Part shown: positions 40,001 through 52,900 of the stretch, in pieces
Layout of the letters: each line of letters starts with the position of its first letter
How positions within the stretch are numbered: the stretch's first letter is position 1
Assembly: GCF_964355755.1 (NCBI RefSeq)
Contig: NC_092672.1
Location: 8,246,001-8,310,000 of the forward strand
DNA from: Antedon mediterranea
Lineage: Eukaryota > Animalia > Echinodermata
Direction: 5' to 3'
Length of the DNA: 64,000 nucleotides
Program-made: the position numbers and the translations under genes
Notes under the pieces: generated by a model
What the model was told of the DNA's origin: nothing
Databases searched by the model: none
What the model saw: the letters and a program-made list of their open reading frames with translations, nothing else

Positions 40001-43000
40001 TCAATTACGATTAATATTTTAAAATATAGTGAAATTTGATACTGTATTTGTGAGAAAATGGCGGATTGTTCCTGGGATTCACTTGGTGGGATTATACTAG
40101 GGTACACCCTTAGTCGTCCAGTATAAGTTAGAATGGGACCACTGGTCCCGTTTACTCAGCCCTCATCTTTAAAATTTAAGTGTAACTCATTTACGATTTT
40201 TAAAATATAGTGAAATTTGAAACTGTATTTGTGAGAAAACGGCGGATTGTTCCTGAGAGTCACTTGGTGGGATTATACTAGGGTACACCCTAAGTCGTCC
40301 AGTATAAGTTAGAGTGGGACCACTGGTTCCGTTTACTCAGCCCTCATCTTTAAAATTTGAGTGTAACTCATTTACGATTTTTAAAATATAGTGAAATTTG
40401 ATACTGTATTTGTGAGAAAAGGGCGGATTGTTCCTGAGAGTCACATGGTGGGATTATACTAGGGAAACTCTTTAATCATCCAGTATAAGTTAGAGTGGGA
40501 CCACTGGTTCCGTTTACTAAGCCCTCATCTTTTAAATTTGAGTGTAACTCAATTACGATAACATTTTTAAAATATAGTGAAAATTGATACTGTATTTGTG
40601 AGAAAATGGCGGATTGTTCCTGGGAGTCACTTGGTGGGATTATACTAAGGTACCTCCTTAGTTGTCCAGTATAAGTTAGAGTGGGACCACTGGTCCCGTT
40701 TACTCAGCCCTCATCTTTACCGTTTGAGTGTAACTCAATTACGATTAATATTTTAAAATATAGTGAAATTTGATACTGTATTTGTGAGAAAATGGCGGAT
40801 TGTTCCTGGGAGTCACTTGGTAGGATTATACTAGGGTACCCCCTTAGTCGTCCAGTATAAGTTAGAGTGAGACCACTGGTCCCGTTTACTCAGCCCTCAT
40901 CTTTAAAATTTGAGTGTAACTCATTTACGATTTTTAAAATATAGTGAAATTTGAAACTGTATTTGTGAGAAAACGGCGGATTGTTCCTGAGAGTCACTTG
41001 GTGGGATTATACTAGGGTACACCCTAAGTCGTCCAGTATAAGTTAGAGTGGGACCACTGGTCCCGTTTACTCAGCCCTCATCTTTAAAATTTGAGTGTAA
41101 CTCATTTACGATTTTTAAAATATAGTGAAATTTGATACTGTATTTGTGAGAAAAGGGCGGATTGTTCCTGAGAGTCGCATGGTGGGATTATACTAGGGAA
41201 ACTCTTTAATCATCCAGTATAAGTTAGAGTGGGACCACTGGTCCCGTTTACTAAGCCCTCATCTTTTAAATTTGAGTGTAACTCAATTACGATAACATTT
41301 TTAAAATATAGTAAAAATTGATACTGTATTTGTGAGAAAATGGCGGATTGTTCCTGGGAGTCACTTGGTGGGATTATACTAAGGTACCTCCTTAGTTGTC
41401 CAGTATAAGTTAGAGTGGGACCACTGGTCCCGTTTACTCAGCCCTCATCTTTAACGTTTGAGTGTAACTCAATTACGATTAATATTTTAAAATATAGTGA
41501 AATTTGATACTGTATTTGTGAGAAAATGGCGGATTGTTCCTGGGAGTCACTTGGTAGGATTATACTAGTGTACCCCCTTAGTCGTCCAGTATAAGTTAGA
41601 GTGAGACCACTGGTCCCGTTTACTCAGCCCTCATCTTTAAATTTTGAGTGTAACTCATTTACGATTTTTAAAATATAGTGAAATTTGAAACTGTATTTGT
41701 GAGAAAACGGCGGATTGTTCCTGAGAGTCACTTGGTGGGATTATACTAGGGTACACCCTAAGTCGTCCAGTATAAGTTAGAGTGGGACCACTCGTCCCGT
41801 TTACTCAGCCCTCATCTTTAAAATTTGAGTGTAACTCATTTACGATTTTTAAAAAATAGTGAAATTTGATACTGTATTTGTGAGAAAACGGCGGATTGTT
41901 CCTGAGAGTAACTTGGTGGGATTATACTAGGGAACCTCTTTAATCATCCAGTATAAGTTAGAGTGGGACCACTGGTCCCGTTTACTCAGCCCTCATCTTT
42001 AAAATTTGAGTGTAACTCATTTACGATTTTTAAAATAAAGTGAAATTTGAAACTGTATTTGTGAGAAAACGGCGGATTGTTCCTGGAAGTCACTTGGTGG
42101 GATTATACTAGGGTACCTCCTTAGTTGTCCAGTATAAGTTAGAGTGGGACCACTGGTCCCATTTACTCAGCCCTCATCTTTAACGTTTGAGTGTAACTCA
42201 ATTACGATTAATATTTTAAAATATAGTGAAATTTGATACTGTATTTGTGAGAAAATGGCGGATTGTTCCTGGGAGTCACTTGGTGGGATTATACTAGGGC
42301 ACCCCCTTAGTTGTCCAGTATAAGTTAGAATGGGACCACTGGTCCCGTTTACTCAGCCCTCTTCTTTAAATTTTGAGTGTAACTCATTTACGATTTTTAA
42401 AATATAGTGAAATTTGAAACTGTATTTGTGAGAAAATGGCGGATTGTTCCTGGGAGTCACTTGGTGGGATTATACTAGGGTACCCCCTTAGATGTCCAGT
42501 ATAAGTTAGAATGGGACCACTGGTCCCGTTTACTCAGCCCTCTTCTTTAAAATTTGAGTGTAACTCATTTACGATTTTTAAAATATAGTGAAATTTGAAA
42601 CTGTATTTGTGAGAAAACGGCGGATTGTTCCTGGGAGTCACATGGTGGGATTATACTAGGGTACATCCTTAGTCGTCCAGTATAAGTTAGAGTGGGACCA
42701 CTGGTCCCGTTTACTAAGCCCTCATCTTTTAAATTTGAGCGTAACTCAATTACGATAACATTTTTAAAATATAGTGAAAATTGATACTGTATTTGTGAGA
42801 AAATGGCGGATTGTTCCTGGGAGTCACTTGGTGTGATTATACTAAGGTACCTCCTTAGTTGTCCAGTATAAGTTAGAGTGGGACCACTGGTCCCGTTTAC
42901 TCAGCCCTCATCTTTAACCTTTGAGTGTAACTCAATTACGATTAATATTTTAAAATATAGTGAAATTTGATACTGTATTTGTGAGAAAATGGCGGATTGT

Positions 43001-43860
43001 TCCTGGGAGTCACTTGGTAGGATTATACTAGGGTACCCCCTTAGTCGTCCAGTATAAGTTAGAGTGGGACCACTGGTCCCGTTTACTCAGCCCTCATCTT
43101 TAAAATTTGAGTGTAACTCATTTACGATTTTTAAAATATAGTGAAATTTGAAACTGTATTTGTGAGAAAACGGCGGATTGTTCCTGAGAGTCACTTGGTG
43201 GGATTATACTAGGGTACACCCTAAGTTGTCCAGTATAAGTTAGAGTGGGACCACTGGTCCCGTTTACTCAGCCCTCATCTTTAAAATTTGAGTGTAACTC
43301 ATTTACGATTTTTAAAAAATAGTAAAATTTGATACTGTATTTGTGAGAAAACGGCGGATTGTTCCCGAGAGTCACTTGGTGGGATTATACTAGGGAACCT
43401 CTTTAATCATCCAGTATAAGTTAGAGTGGGACCACTGGTCCCGTTTACTCAGCCCTCATCTTTAAAATTTGAGTGTAACTCAATTACGATAAAAATTTTT
43501 AAATATAGTGAAAATTGATACTGTATTTGTGAGAAAATGGCGGATTGTTCCTGGGAGTCACTTGGTGGGATTATACTAGGGTACCTCCTTAGTTGTCCAG
43601 TATAAGTTAGAGTGGGACCACTGGTCCCGTTTACTCAGCCCTCATCTTTTAAATTTGAGTGTAACTCAATTACAATTTTTAAAATATAGTTAAATTTGAA
43701 ACTGTATTTGTGAGAAAACGGCGGATTGTTCCTGGGAGTTAATTGGTGGGATTATACTAGGGTACCTCCTTAGTTGTCCAGTATAAGTTAGAGTAGGACC
43801 ACTGGTCCGTTTACTTAGGCCTCATCTAAAATTTGAGTGGCTCAATTATGATTTTTTAAT
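34005..43860 (+). repeat. Tandem satellite, ~181-186 bp monomer, ~54 copies (left arm)
   Basis: Monomer: ATTTGTGAGAAAAYGGCGGATTGTTCCTGRGAGTCACTTGGTGGGATTATACTAGGGTACC...GGGACCACTGGTCCCGTTTACTCAGCCCTCATC...GAAATTTGATACTGT. Copies are highly homogeneous, with more diverged ones at the edges. Confidence 0.98.
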
Positions 43861-45513
43861 ATAGTTATATAGCACAGTGAAGTTTTTTTTAAATTAAATA
43901 TATTGTTAATCGCAAAAGAATGAATAATTTCTTGGTAATCTAGCATTTTTTGTATACAAGGATCATATAAAATACGTTCCCGGTTATACGCTTAACACGC
44001 TGTGTTTTTTAACACATTTACGGCCGCTATCTTGTTGGATCCCCCTCCTTTTGGAATCACCTTTGAGTCTGAAGTACCCCCTCTAGCCTTCGGCTTATTA
44101 CATCTCTCTGGATGCCACAGATTGTACATTAGGCGGCACCAGATAGATAACTTTGTGAGGCCAGTTTTTACTTTATTTACATAAATTATTCCATTTTCCA
44201 TGAAACAACCCTTATGATTAAAAACAGATACTTCGAGCCGGACCGCAAAATTTAAACCATTTTAAATCAAAATAGAAGGCGTTATACCTATGTTTTTCCA
44301 GAGCCATATATAGCAATATTTTAAGTCAATATGAATATGATTATGAACTGTTTACGTCGTTTTTTTTTTATCTTTTCAGAACCTTCGTATAGAAAGTGAC
44401 CGAATAACATAATGCAGTGCTGCAATACGTTGTTCGTTGGTTAATACACTTGCAATACTAAGCCTGCTTGTTGGTTCGATGGGAAAATAACTATTAGCGA
44501 AAAATAATAATTAGAATGGACACCGTAAACTGAAGTTTCTATCGAAACGATTTGTAGGCCTACAATATGTTATATTATACGTATACTTGTTAAATAAAAG
44601 TTGTATAAAAGAGTCTATTTTGTAAAATGACGTAATATTTTGAAATTCTATGTAATTGTATAAATAAGAGTATCTTATAAAAATATCGATAAATGTTTTA
44701 TAGGTTTTTAATAGAATTTCTAAAGAGTTTTCAACACTTTTAGAAACTTTATATATAAGAAATTATATCAAAAGTCTATAAATTCTTTAGAAATATCTAA
44801 AGATATATCTATAAAATTTCTATAAACTTCTATAATTCTATACACAATCTATAACAGCTCTATTGAAAAGTCTATCGGAATTTTATAGAATATATATAGA
44901 AGATATAATAACTGTATATAAAAAGCTTTAGAAACTCTAAAAAAATTCTAAAGATATTAAATATATATAATTTGTGTATATATAGAATATTTATATAGAA
45001 ATTCTATACACATTTTTTATTTACGGCTAATATCGGACGTTTAAGAGATGGAAAGGAACAAATTTTGGCTTGGATGTGTGATACAGTATAGGTAAAGCCA
45101 GGGAGAAATAACTGTCAGATTTATGTTTATTAGTAGGTAGCAGAAACAAATCTACAGTTTAGACCTTCAAAACATTCATTATTGTCTGAAATCCAATAAT
45201 TGTTTTTTGTTCATCTACTAGCAAAAGACACCTGCCCCAGTGTGGGAGTTGCTTCATAGGGACCATGGTTGCAGTGATTTAATCATAGGTTAAATCCTTC
45301 ACAGAAGAATTCTGTAAATGTATTCATTATATCTCCGAAACCCATCTCAGCTCCTCCTCCCAACCAACATCCACAGACCCTCCTTGAGACAGTTCAAATG
45401 TAATCAATTATAAATCAGAGTAATTTGATATATCATTACCTCTAAATTCCATTATCTCCTAATATATTAGAACTTTTCCCTCCCCCTTCCCACCTGAAAT
45501 GAAACCTTCCTTC

Positions 45514-45622
45514 CTGCGAGTTACAAGAATCTGCGAGTTACAAAACAGATCTGCGAGTTACAAAACAGATATGCGGCAAAATCTGCGAGTTACAACAAAT
45601 CTGTGAGTTACAAAACAAATCT
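45514..45622 (+). repeat. ~20-bp repeat TCTGCGAGTTACAAAACAGA, ~5 copies
   Basis: Directly visible. Confidence 0.8.
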
Positions 45623-46149
45623 CACTCTGTTCATATATGAGATATAAGAAATAAAGAAATTCTCTGCAAACAGTAATAAATCAAAAGTAATTAAGGTGAA
45701 TGGCCTGGTGAGACCAGATTCGACTCCACTAACTACATAGTAATACTGTCCAGACCACACAACATTTCAGCAACTTTTGCCATTAAAATATTAATTTATA
45801 GCTCATATCTACTAGTAGCAGGGTTTTGAAATAGTGGTTACCCTGACTTACCATATAGGACCTAAATATTGTAAAATGAGGTGCTGAAATGAACCTAATG
45901 TCCTATGTTTTGCATTTGAAGGGAAAATGGCTGACAGAACAATATTTTCTAAGTCCAAAATATCTCAACATTTTCTACTGTTGTTACTGTAGGTTAGTGG
46001 TTAAATGTTGTTATGTTACTGGTTAATTAAGTTTTTTACGTTAGTGGTTTAATCAATTAATTAATTAATTAAATTTTTTTAAATGCAAGTCATTCAAAAT
46101 ATAAAAAGTACATTAATTATATTAAAATAAGCAAGTCATCTTATATTTG

Positions 46150-46475
46150 TTTATAATAATATCCTGGATGTATATAGCGCCTAAGCGCTGTTATAAACTA
46201 ATACGAAAAAAGGGAATTCCAACCATGCCAAAAAAAAAACCAAACCGAAGGGGGATACGCCTTCGTCGCTAACCAGGGATCGGTCGAATTGAATCCCGGT
46301 CAGCACCAGGTGTGTCTCGGTCAACCCGGACTCAGGCGCCTCTTGCCCTACTTAAACTAGATCTAAAACAATCTAGGTGGCATGGTAAAGGAGAAAAAAG
46401 GGGATTAATATGCAAGTAAGTCTTAAGAAGCCCCTAAAAAGAGTCACCGACTGTGCATCTTTAATGTTTGACAGC
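46150..46475 (-). mobile_element. L2/CR1-like LINE 3' end fragment
   Basis: The minus strand encodes approximately NIKDAQSV..F...LKTYL, followed by a GCGCTATATA...ATTATTATAA tail typical of L2 ends. Confidence 0.5.
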
Positions 46476-47366
46476 CTTGACTGAAAAATCCATCATTATG
46501 GTTTGCGCCGAATACCTTTTTGTTACAAGTTGCTACAAGTTCTAACAAGTCGTTACAAGTTTTTACACGTTCTTACATTTTGCAGATGTAAAAAGGTATA
46601 AAGTCTGCAGTGTGCAGCAGATATGCTTCATTAGGAATTTTGCTTGCAACGAGATCAGTTAACGATAAGTGCCCTGTTAAAATTAATTTTCACCACTTTA
46701 AAATTCCGCTTTTGTGTATTTTCGTTCGTCTACATCGTTTACCATTACACAGTATAACATATTTGATGGTTTAAAAATCTTAAGGACTGTTGTGAGATGG
46801 TACGCAAGAAGAAGAAAGTTGTCAAGGTAGGCATGCTTCATGAATAAAACAAAATAAACTTTCGTCATTAATATTTACTTTTTTATTTGTTGGTTGGTTG
46901 GTTAAAATGATTTCTGGACGAGTTGACTTAGGCCTACAGGCAGGAATAGGTTTACTAAAAAGTTGAATATTTCATCCCGACAAACAACAGTTAACAAATT
47001 CGAATTCGTATTTATTCGAAAACGCATCGGTGAGGTTATTGTTCTGTGGAGTTTTTAGGAGAAGGGGGCGTTTATTTTAGTGGTTGGGTGGGGAGGTGGT
47101 AGCCTTTATTTTTTGCTAAAGGCTCCCGCTCTGGCTTTCTAGAGTAATCTAGGTTCTATGTCATTTCAAGTACTTTCCATCACATACATTTCGTAAATTT
47201 TCGTATGCATTTTATAAGAAATTGATGGGAAAAATAAGATTAAAAAAGTAGGTTTAGTCTTTTGAAACAAAGTACAACATTTTGGGCTATAATTAGTACT
47301 GATACGCTCGTACACGCGTGTTTGTTTTTAGTCCTGGAGTGCATAGGGGTTGAGTGGGGTTGAGTG

Positions 47367-49373
47367 GGGTTGGTGAGCATCATGCAAAATACGCAAGAAT
47401 TTTGCCAAAATACGCAAATTAAGGGCGCTATGCTTTGCCAAAATACACAAATCATGCCAAAATACGCAAATCAGCCTTGCTAAAATACGCAAATTATGCC
47501 AAAATACGCAAATTGAGGGCGCTATGCTTTGCCAAAATACACAAATCATGCCAAAATACGCAAATCAGCCTTGCTAAAATACGCAAATTATGCCAAAATA
47601 CGCAAATTGAGGGCGCTATGCTTTGCCAAAATACACAAATCATGCCAAAATACGCAAATCAGCCTTGCCAAAAATACGCAAATCAGCCTTGCCAAAATAC
47701 GCAAATTTATGGCGCTATGCTTTGCCAAAATACGCAAATCATGCCAAAATACGAAAACTGAGAGCGTTTTGCTTTGCCAAAATACGCAAATCTGCTTTGC
47801 CAAAATACGCAAATCATGCCAAAATACGCAAATTGAGAGCGCTATGCTTTGCTAAAATACACAAATCATGCCAAAATACGCAAATCTGCTTTGCAAAAAT
47901 ATGCAAATCATGCCAAAATACGCAATTTGAGGGCGCTATGCTTTACCAAAATACACAAATCATGCCAAAATACGCAAATCTGCTTTGCTAAAATACGCAA
48001 ATCTGCTTTGCAAAAATATGCAAATCATGCCAAAATACGCAAATTGAGGGCGCTATGCTTTGCCAAAATACACAAATCATGCCAAAATACGCAAATCTGC
48101 TTTGCTAAAATACGCAAATCTGCTTTGCAAAAATATGCAAATCATGCCAAAATACGCAAATTGAGGGCGCTATGCTTTGCCAAAATACACAAATCATGCC
48201 AAAATACGCAAATTGAGGGCGCTATGCTTTGCCAAAATACACAAATCATGCCAAAATACGAAAATCTGCTTTGCCAAAATACGCAAATCTGCTTTGCTAA
48301 AATACGCAAATCTGCTTTGCAAAAATATGCAAATCATGCCAAAATACGCAAATTGAGGGCGCTATGCTTTGCCAAAATACACAAATCATGCCAAAATACG
48401 CAAATCTGCTTTGCTAAAATACGCAAATCTGCTTTGCAAAAATATGCAAATCATGCCAAAATACGCAAATTGAGGGCGCTATGCTTTGCCAAAATACACA
48501 AATCAAGCCAAAATACACAAATCTACTTTGCCAATAGGCAAATTGAGGGCGCTATGCTTTGCCAAAATACACAAATCATGCCAAAATACGCAAATCTGCT
48601 TTGCCAAAATACACAAATCATACTAAAATACGCAAATTCAGGGCGCTATGCTTTGCCAAAATACGCAAATCATTCGCTCCTTCTGTAAAGAGACCCGAAA
48701 AAACAAGTATTGGCTTAGCAAGAGGTACAAAAACGTAGCCGTATACTTTACTATCATAATGTTCATATTTATTGTGATACTCAAGCTCTAATTCACTGTG
48801 TTATATTTTATTTTACATTTATGGTAAAAATGTCTATTAAACTGTTAGTAATGTTAAGAATAGTATTCTTAATAGTAAAAATAACAGTAAAGGAAATAAT
48901 GTTATATATTATAGAATAATATAGATGGTTTTTCCTTAATAATTTGAATTATTTCTTTAATTTATGAGGATAATTCATGTATGTTATCAATCAGCAGGTA
49001 TATTATTCCCCGCTTATTACATTCATTCTCCCCCTACAAACAGTTTTCATTATTTCAAATAGTGTCATATGACTGGGGTCGACTCGGAGCCTGGTGCTGA
49101 CATAATAATTATATGAATACATAATAATATACATAGTATTTCTCAGCTTGAAAGCTATACGGCTACGTTTTTGTACCCTCTTGCTATAAGCCAAGACTTG
49201 GTTTTTGGGCCTCTTTACAGGAGGAGCGAATGATTTGCGTATTTTGGCAAAGCAAAACGCCCTCAATTTGCGTATTTTGGCATGATTTGCTTATTTTGGC
49301 AAAGCATAGCGCCCTCAATTTGCGTATTTTGGCAACATTCTTGCGTATTTTGGCAGGGTACTCACCAACCCTA
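47367..49373. mobile_element. Nested ~2 kb non-autonomous foldback element with asymmetric tandem-repeat arms
   Basis: Termini are GGGTTGGTGAG (47367) and CTCACCAACCC (49361-49371). The left arm has ~1.3 kb of GCCAAAATACGCAAAT-based repeats plus unique sequence 48670-48745. This is mirrored by 49156-49355. The spacer is AT-rich and non-coding. Confidence 0.8.
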
Positions 49374-50227
49374 ATGTAGGGGTGTAAGCTACCGGCATTC
49401 ATAAACTTGTTTTCTGCCCAATGACTAGTTTTCATAAAGATCAAAGATATATTGGCCCTAATAACATTAAAAATCAAGATTAATAACATCAGATTTTACA
49501 TAGGCCATTGATCAGTTTTAATTACTTGAGATGAAAACATAGCACAAAATCATATTCTAACTTATAAAAAGACAAAATAAACTGTTCAATTCCACCTCAA
49601 ACCTATTATCTGGCAGATAGTTTGCCTCAATAATGTTTGTTATAAATTACAGTTTATTTCAGGTAAATATTTTTTTATTTTAATCTAATTTTTTATTAAT
49701 TAACAAAAAATTAAGTTAAATAATTATTAAGTGACATTAAATTGTCATATTAAAAAAAAATAACTAAAAAATAATAAATAATATTTCTACATCTATATAT
49801 TAATGCTACTAAATTTACGTACCTCCTATGAAACCGCTCACTTGGCACACTGATGTTTCTTGATGCGCCGCACAATAGGCTACTTGCCTGAATTTTAAGG
49901 TTAAACAGAATAAAAGTAAAAAAATAACAGTAATTTGACGTCTCAATGGCCATGTTTAAAACTCTCATTACCAAGATTATAAATAATTATAGATGAAAAC
50001 AATCTAAACTATAAATTAATTAATAATTTAACCACTTTTTAAAACTCTGGTATTGTGATAGACGATTGCTATTCAGTATACTTCAATATTTGTGTGTGCA
50101 ATGACTAAAACAACCATAAAGTCATTTGGGGTGACTTGTCTAAAATTTAGATCTCATATATATGGAACGCCGTTTACGCAACATTTCGATAATATGAATT
50201 TTATGACGCGATTTGTGAATGAAATCC

Positions 50228-50900
50228 ATCGATATGAATATTGAATGACGCAATACGAATGAAATGTTTTGAATAAAATGTTTTGAATGAACTGTTTTGA
50301 ATAAAATGTTTTTTAATTCTTGGTAGCTTGACCGCGTACCGGACCTCTGAGCCACGTTAGCTTTTTCCCCTACTAAATGGATCCAAGCCCAGGTCTGTTA
50401 GGATTCGTTGTAAGGATCCATTGATGACAGCGGGTTGAGAGAGGAGAAGAGGGTACCCAGGCTTAAGAGGTTAAGAAAAAAAATCGCGAGCGGGAATGAC
50501 ATACGCCGCCAATAGTTTGACTTTTCAAATTCAATACAACATTTTTCATTCAAAACATTCGTTCAAAACATTTCATTCAAAACATTCAATTCAAAACATT
50601 CAATTCAAAACATTTCATTCAAAACATTTCATTTAAAACATTTCATTTAAAACATTTCATTCAAAACATTCATTTCAAAACATCTCATTCAAAACATTCT
50701 ATTCAAGGCATTCAATTCAAAGAATTTCATTAAAAATATTTCAGTCAAAACATTTCATTCACAACTTTCATTTCAAACATTTCATTTCAAACATTTCATT
50801 CAAAACATTTCATTCAAAACATTTCATTCAAAACATTTCGTTGAAAAGAAAACATTCAATTCAAAGCATTTCATTCAAAAAATTGCATTCATATCGATGC
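50228..50900. repeat. Small foldback-like structure: 14-bp CATTCAAAACATTT array (50545-50885) with a short inverted copy (50257-50312)
   Basis: CATCGATATGAAT (~50228) and ATTCATATCGATG (~50887) form an inverted pair flanking the inverted 14-mer arrays. Confidence 0.65.
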
Positions 50901-51689
50901 AATCAAATGCGAAGCATCCTCGTATCATTGACTGCGGGTATTTTTTAAGATGGACATCCATTAGACAGTGTATACCAGGATCGGAAAACAATCCTATATG
51001 CATGGGAAAATCGTTGAACCTAAATTCGTTTTAATTGTAAATAAATAATTATCTAACTCAATTTAATTAGTAAACAGGGTTACAGCAGGTGGTTAAAATC
51101 AGTACCGAAGGTATAAACCAACTTTATAATACCATCGAGTAAACATTCTAGAAATAACGCGCGATTTGCCGAATTTTGCCCTTACGTAAATTTATATATA
51201 AAAGATGATGTGTTTATGTCTAACTTAAACATTTGTATACTTAGTAGTATTCCAATTCATATTCTACAGCAAAGAACTTCCTAATTTTACTTTAGATTTT
51301 TAAAAAGCCTACACTATTTATTTATTAACTGATTACATTATACGATTTTGAAATCAATCTCTCCCCACCCCCCCCCCCCCCCCACACCCACTCTTTCTAT
51401 CCTCCGTTTGACAGGTTCATACAATTCTTAGTCTTCCCTATTATGAAAACATATATAGTTAACTGTGCTAATTTAGCAAATCATTTTAATTTTTTGCCAT
51501 AGAAGTTTTAAAAAAATATATACAGTTATTACAAAATAGACTACACATTTTCAGTACATACGTCGATATAAGACCGGAGAATATTGTAAAATGTACCGCC
51601 CATCTAGTCCCCTCCTCACACACAATTTGATTTACAATACAATTGACACCAAAAGAAGCAGCTTGTTAATTTGATTACCAATCACAGTT

Positions 51690-51911
51690 GTCTAAAGCTG
51701 TAGTTGTCCTAAGGAGTAGTTGTAGGCCTACGTTGGGCAGTTGTCTCAGGGGATAGTTGTCCTAATGGGTAGCTAGAGGGTTTTTGTCCTATGGAGTAAT
51801 GGTCCTAGGGGATAGTTGTCCTGAGAGGGGGGTTGTTGTCCTAGAAGGGTGATTGTTCAGGAGGTAATTGTCCGGGTGGTAGTTGTCCAGGGAGTAGTTG
51901 TCCTAGACCCG
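51690..51911 (+). repeat. Degenerate ~15-bp GGTAGTTGTCCT repeats ending in TGTCCTAGACCCG; probable single MITE arm
   Basis: About 12 copies of (A/T)GTTGTCC/AATTGTCC units. Confidence 0.6.
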
Positions 51912-52900
51912 TCTTCAATATTTGTGTGTATAATGACTAAAAGAACCATAAAGTCATTTGAGGTGTCTAAAAAACTCAGATCTAGAAAATTCAGATCTCA
52001 GATATATCTGAGTTTTCTAGACCGTGATTCATTGCATTAATAATACTGTGGTAAATCTGCCTAAAAACCTTATATATTTCAGGTAATCATGATTGTGAGC
52101 ACTATTTGTTTAATCATCCTAATTTTGCTCATAATTAAACAAGGCTTACTCACAAACGCTAGAGTGTATTTTGTTTTATTCATTAACTCTCCTTAGTTTT
52201 ATATATTTTTTTATTATTTGTATTGTCTTAAAACTAACTAGACCACGATTAAATGTGTGATTGTGTAACATGTATTTCATGTTATTTATTTTTAAAATGC
52301 AAAGGAAAAACTAGCCTGAAACAGTTAAGAAAAATCTGCGATTTTTGATATTATTATTTAATAAAGTAATATATGTGGTATTTTGATTATGCAATACAAT
52401 AATTGTTATTCGCTTTCATTCATCCAATTTTATTCCTAATCCCAGCTTGGTTGTTAACGATAACAAACAATTTTATCGCACAGATACACATTATTTTTAG
52501 ATATCCATCGCAAATTCTATTTAAGATATCAATTTGTTGATACAGTAATATAATTTAAAAAGGCAGAGGAAAACTCTAAAATAAATTGTATTATTGAATT
52601 TGTATTCAAAGTTGTAGCTTGTAAATAAATAATTATTATATCATTACCATCATCTTGAATGCAAATATTATGAGTCTAAAAATTACTTTGATTGTTGAAA
52701 CTGCATTCCTCTAAGTTGTAAAGTGAATACAATTATGTTTCATTATCTCGAGTATAAATGGCCCTTCCCATCAAATTCCCATATAAAACATTAACTAATT
52801 ATGTTAATTTTGTTGTCAGGCTGATGACTCTCATCGTCGCCGCCGTCGGCGTTGTGATGGTATCGTAAAAACGAAACGGAAACAAGTTGACTATTTAAAC

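Noticed and set aside
34005-43860. Possible CRISPR array (regular repeats with palindromes)
   Set aside because: There are no unique spacers, whole ~183-bp units repeat, the context is eukaryotic, and no cas genes are present.
45230-45495. Exon-like segment on the minus strand with a good acceptor
   Set aside because: It has multiple stops in the frame examined and no recognisable homology.
47240-48688. Many overlapping ORFs up to 279 aa (KYANHAKIRK... and CQNTQI... repeats)
   Set aside because: These are artefacts of a stop-poor tandem repeat that is open in several frames on both strands.
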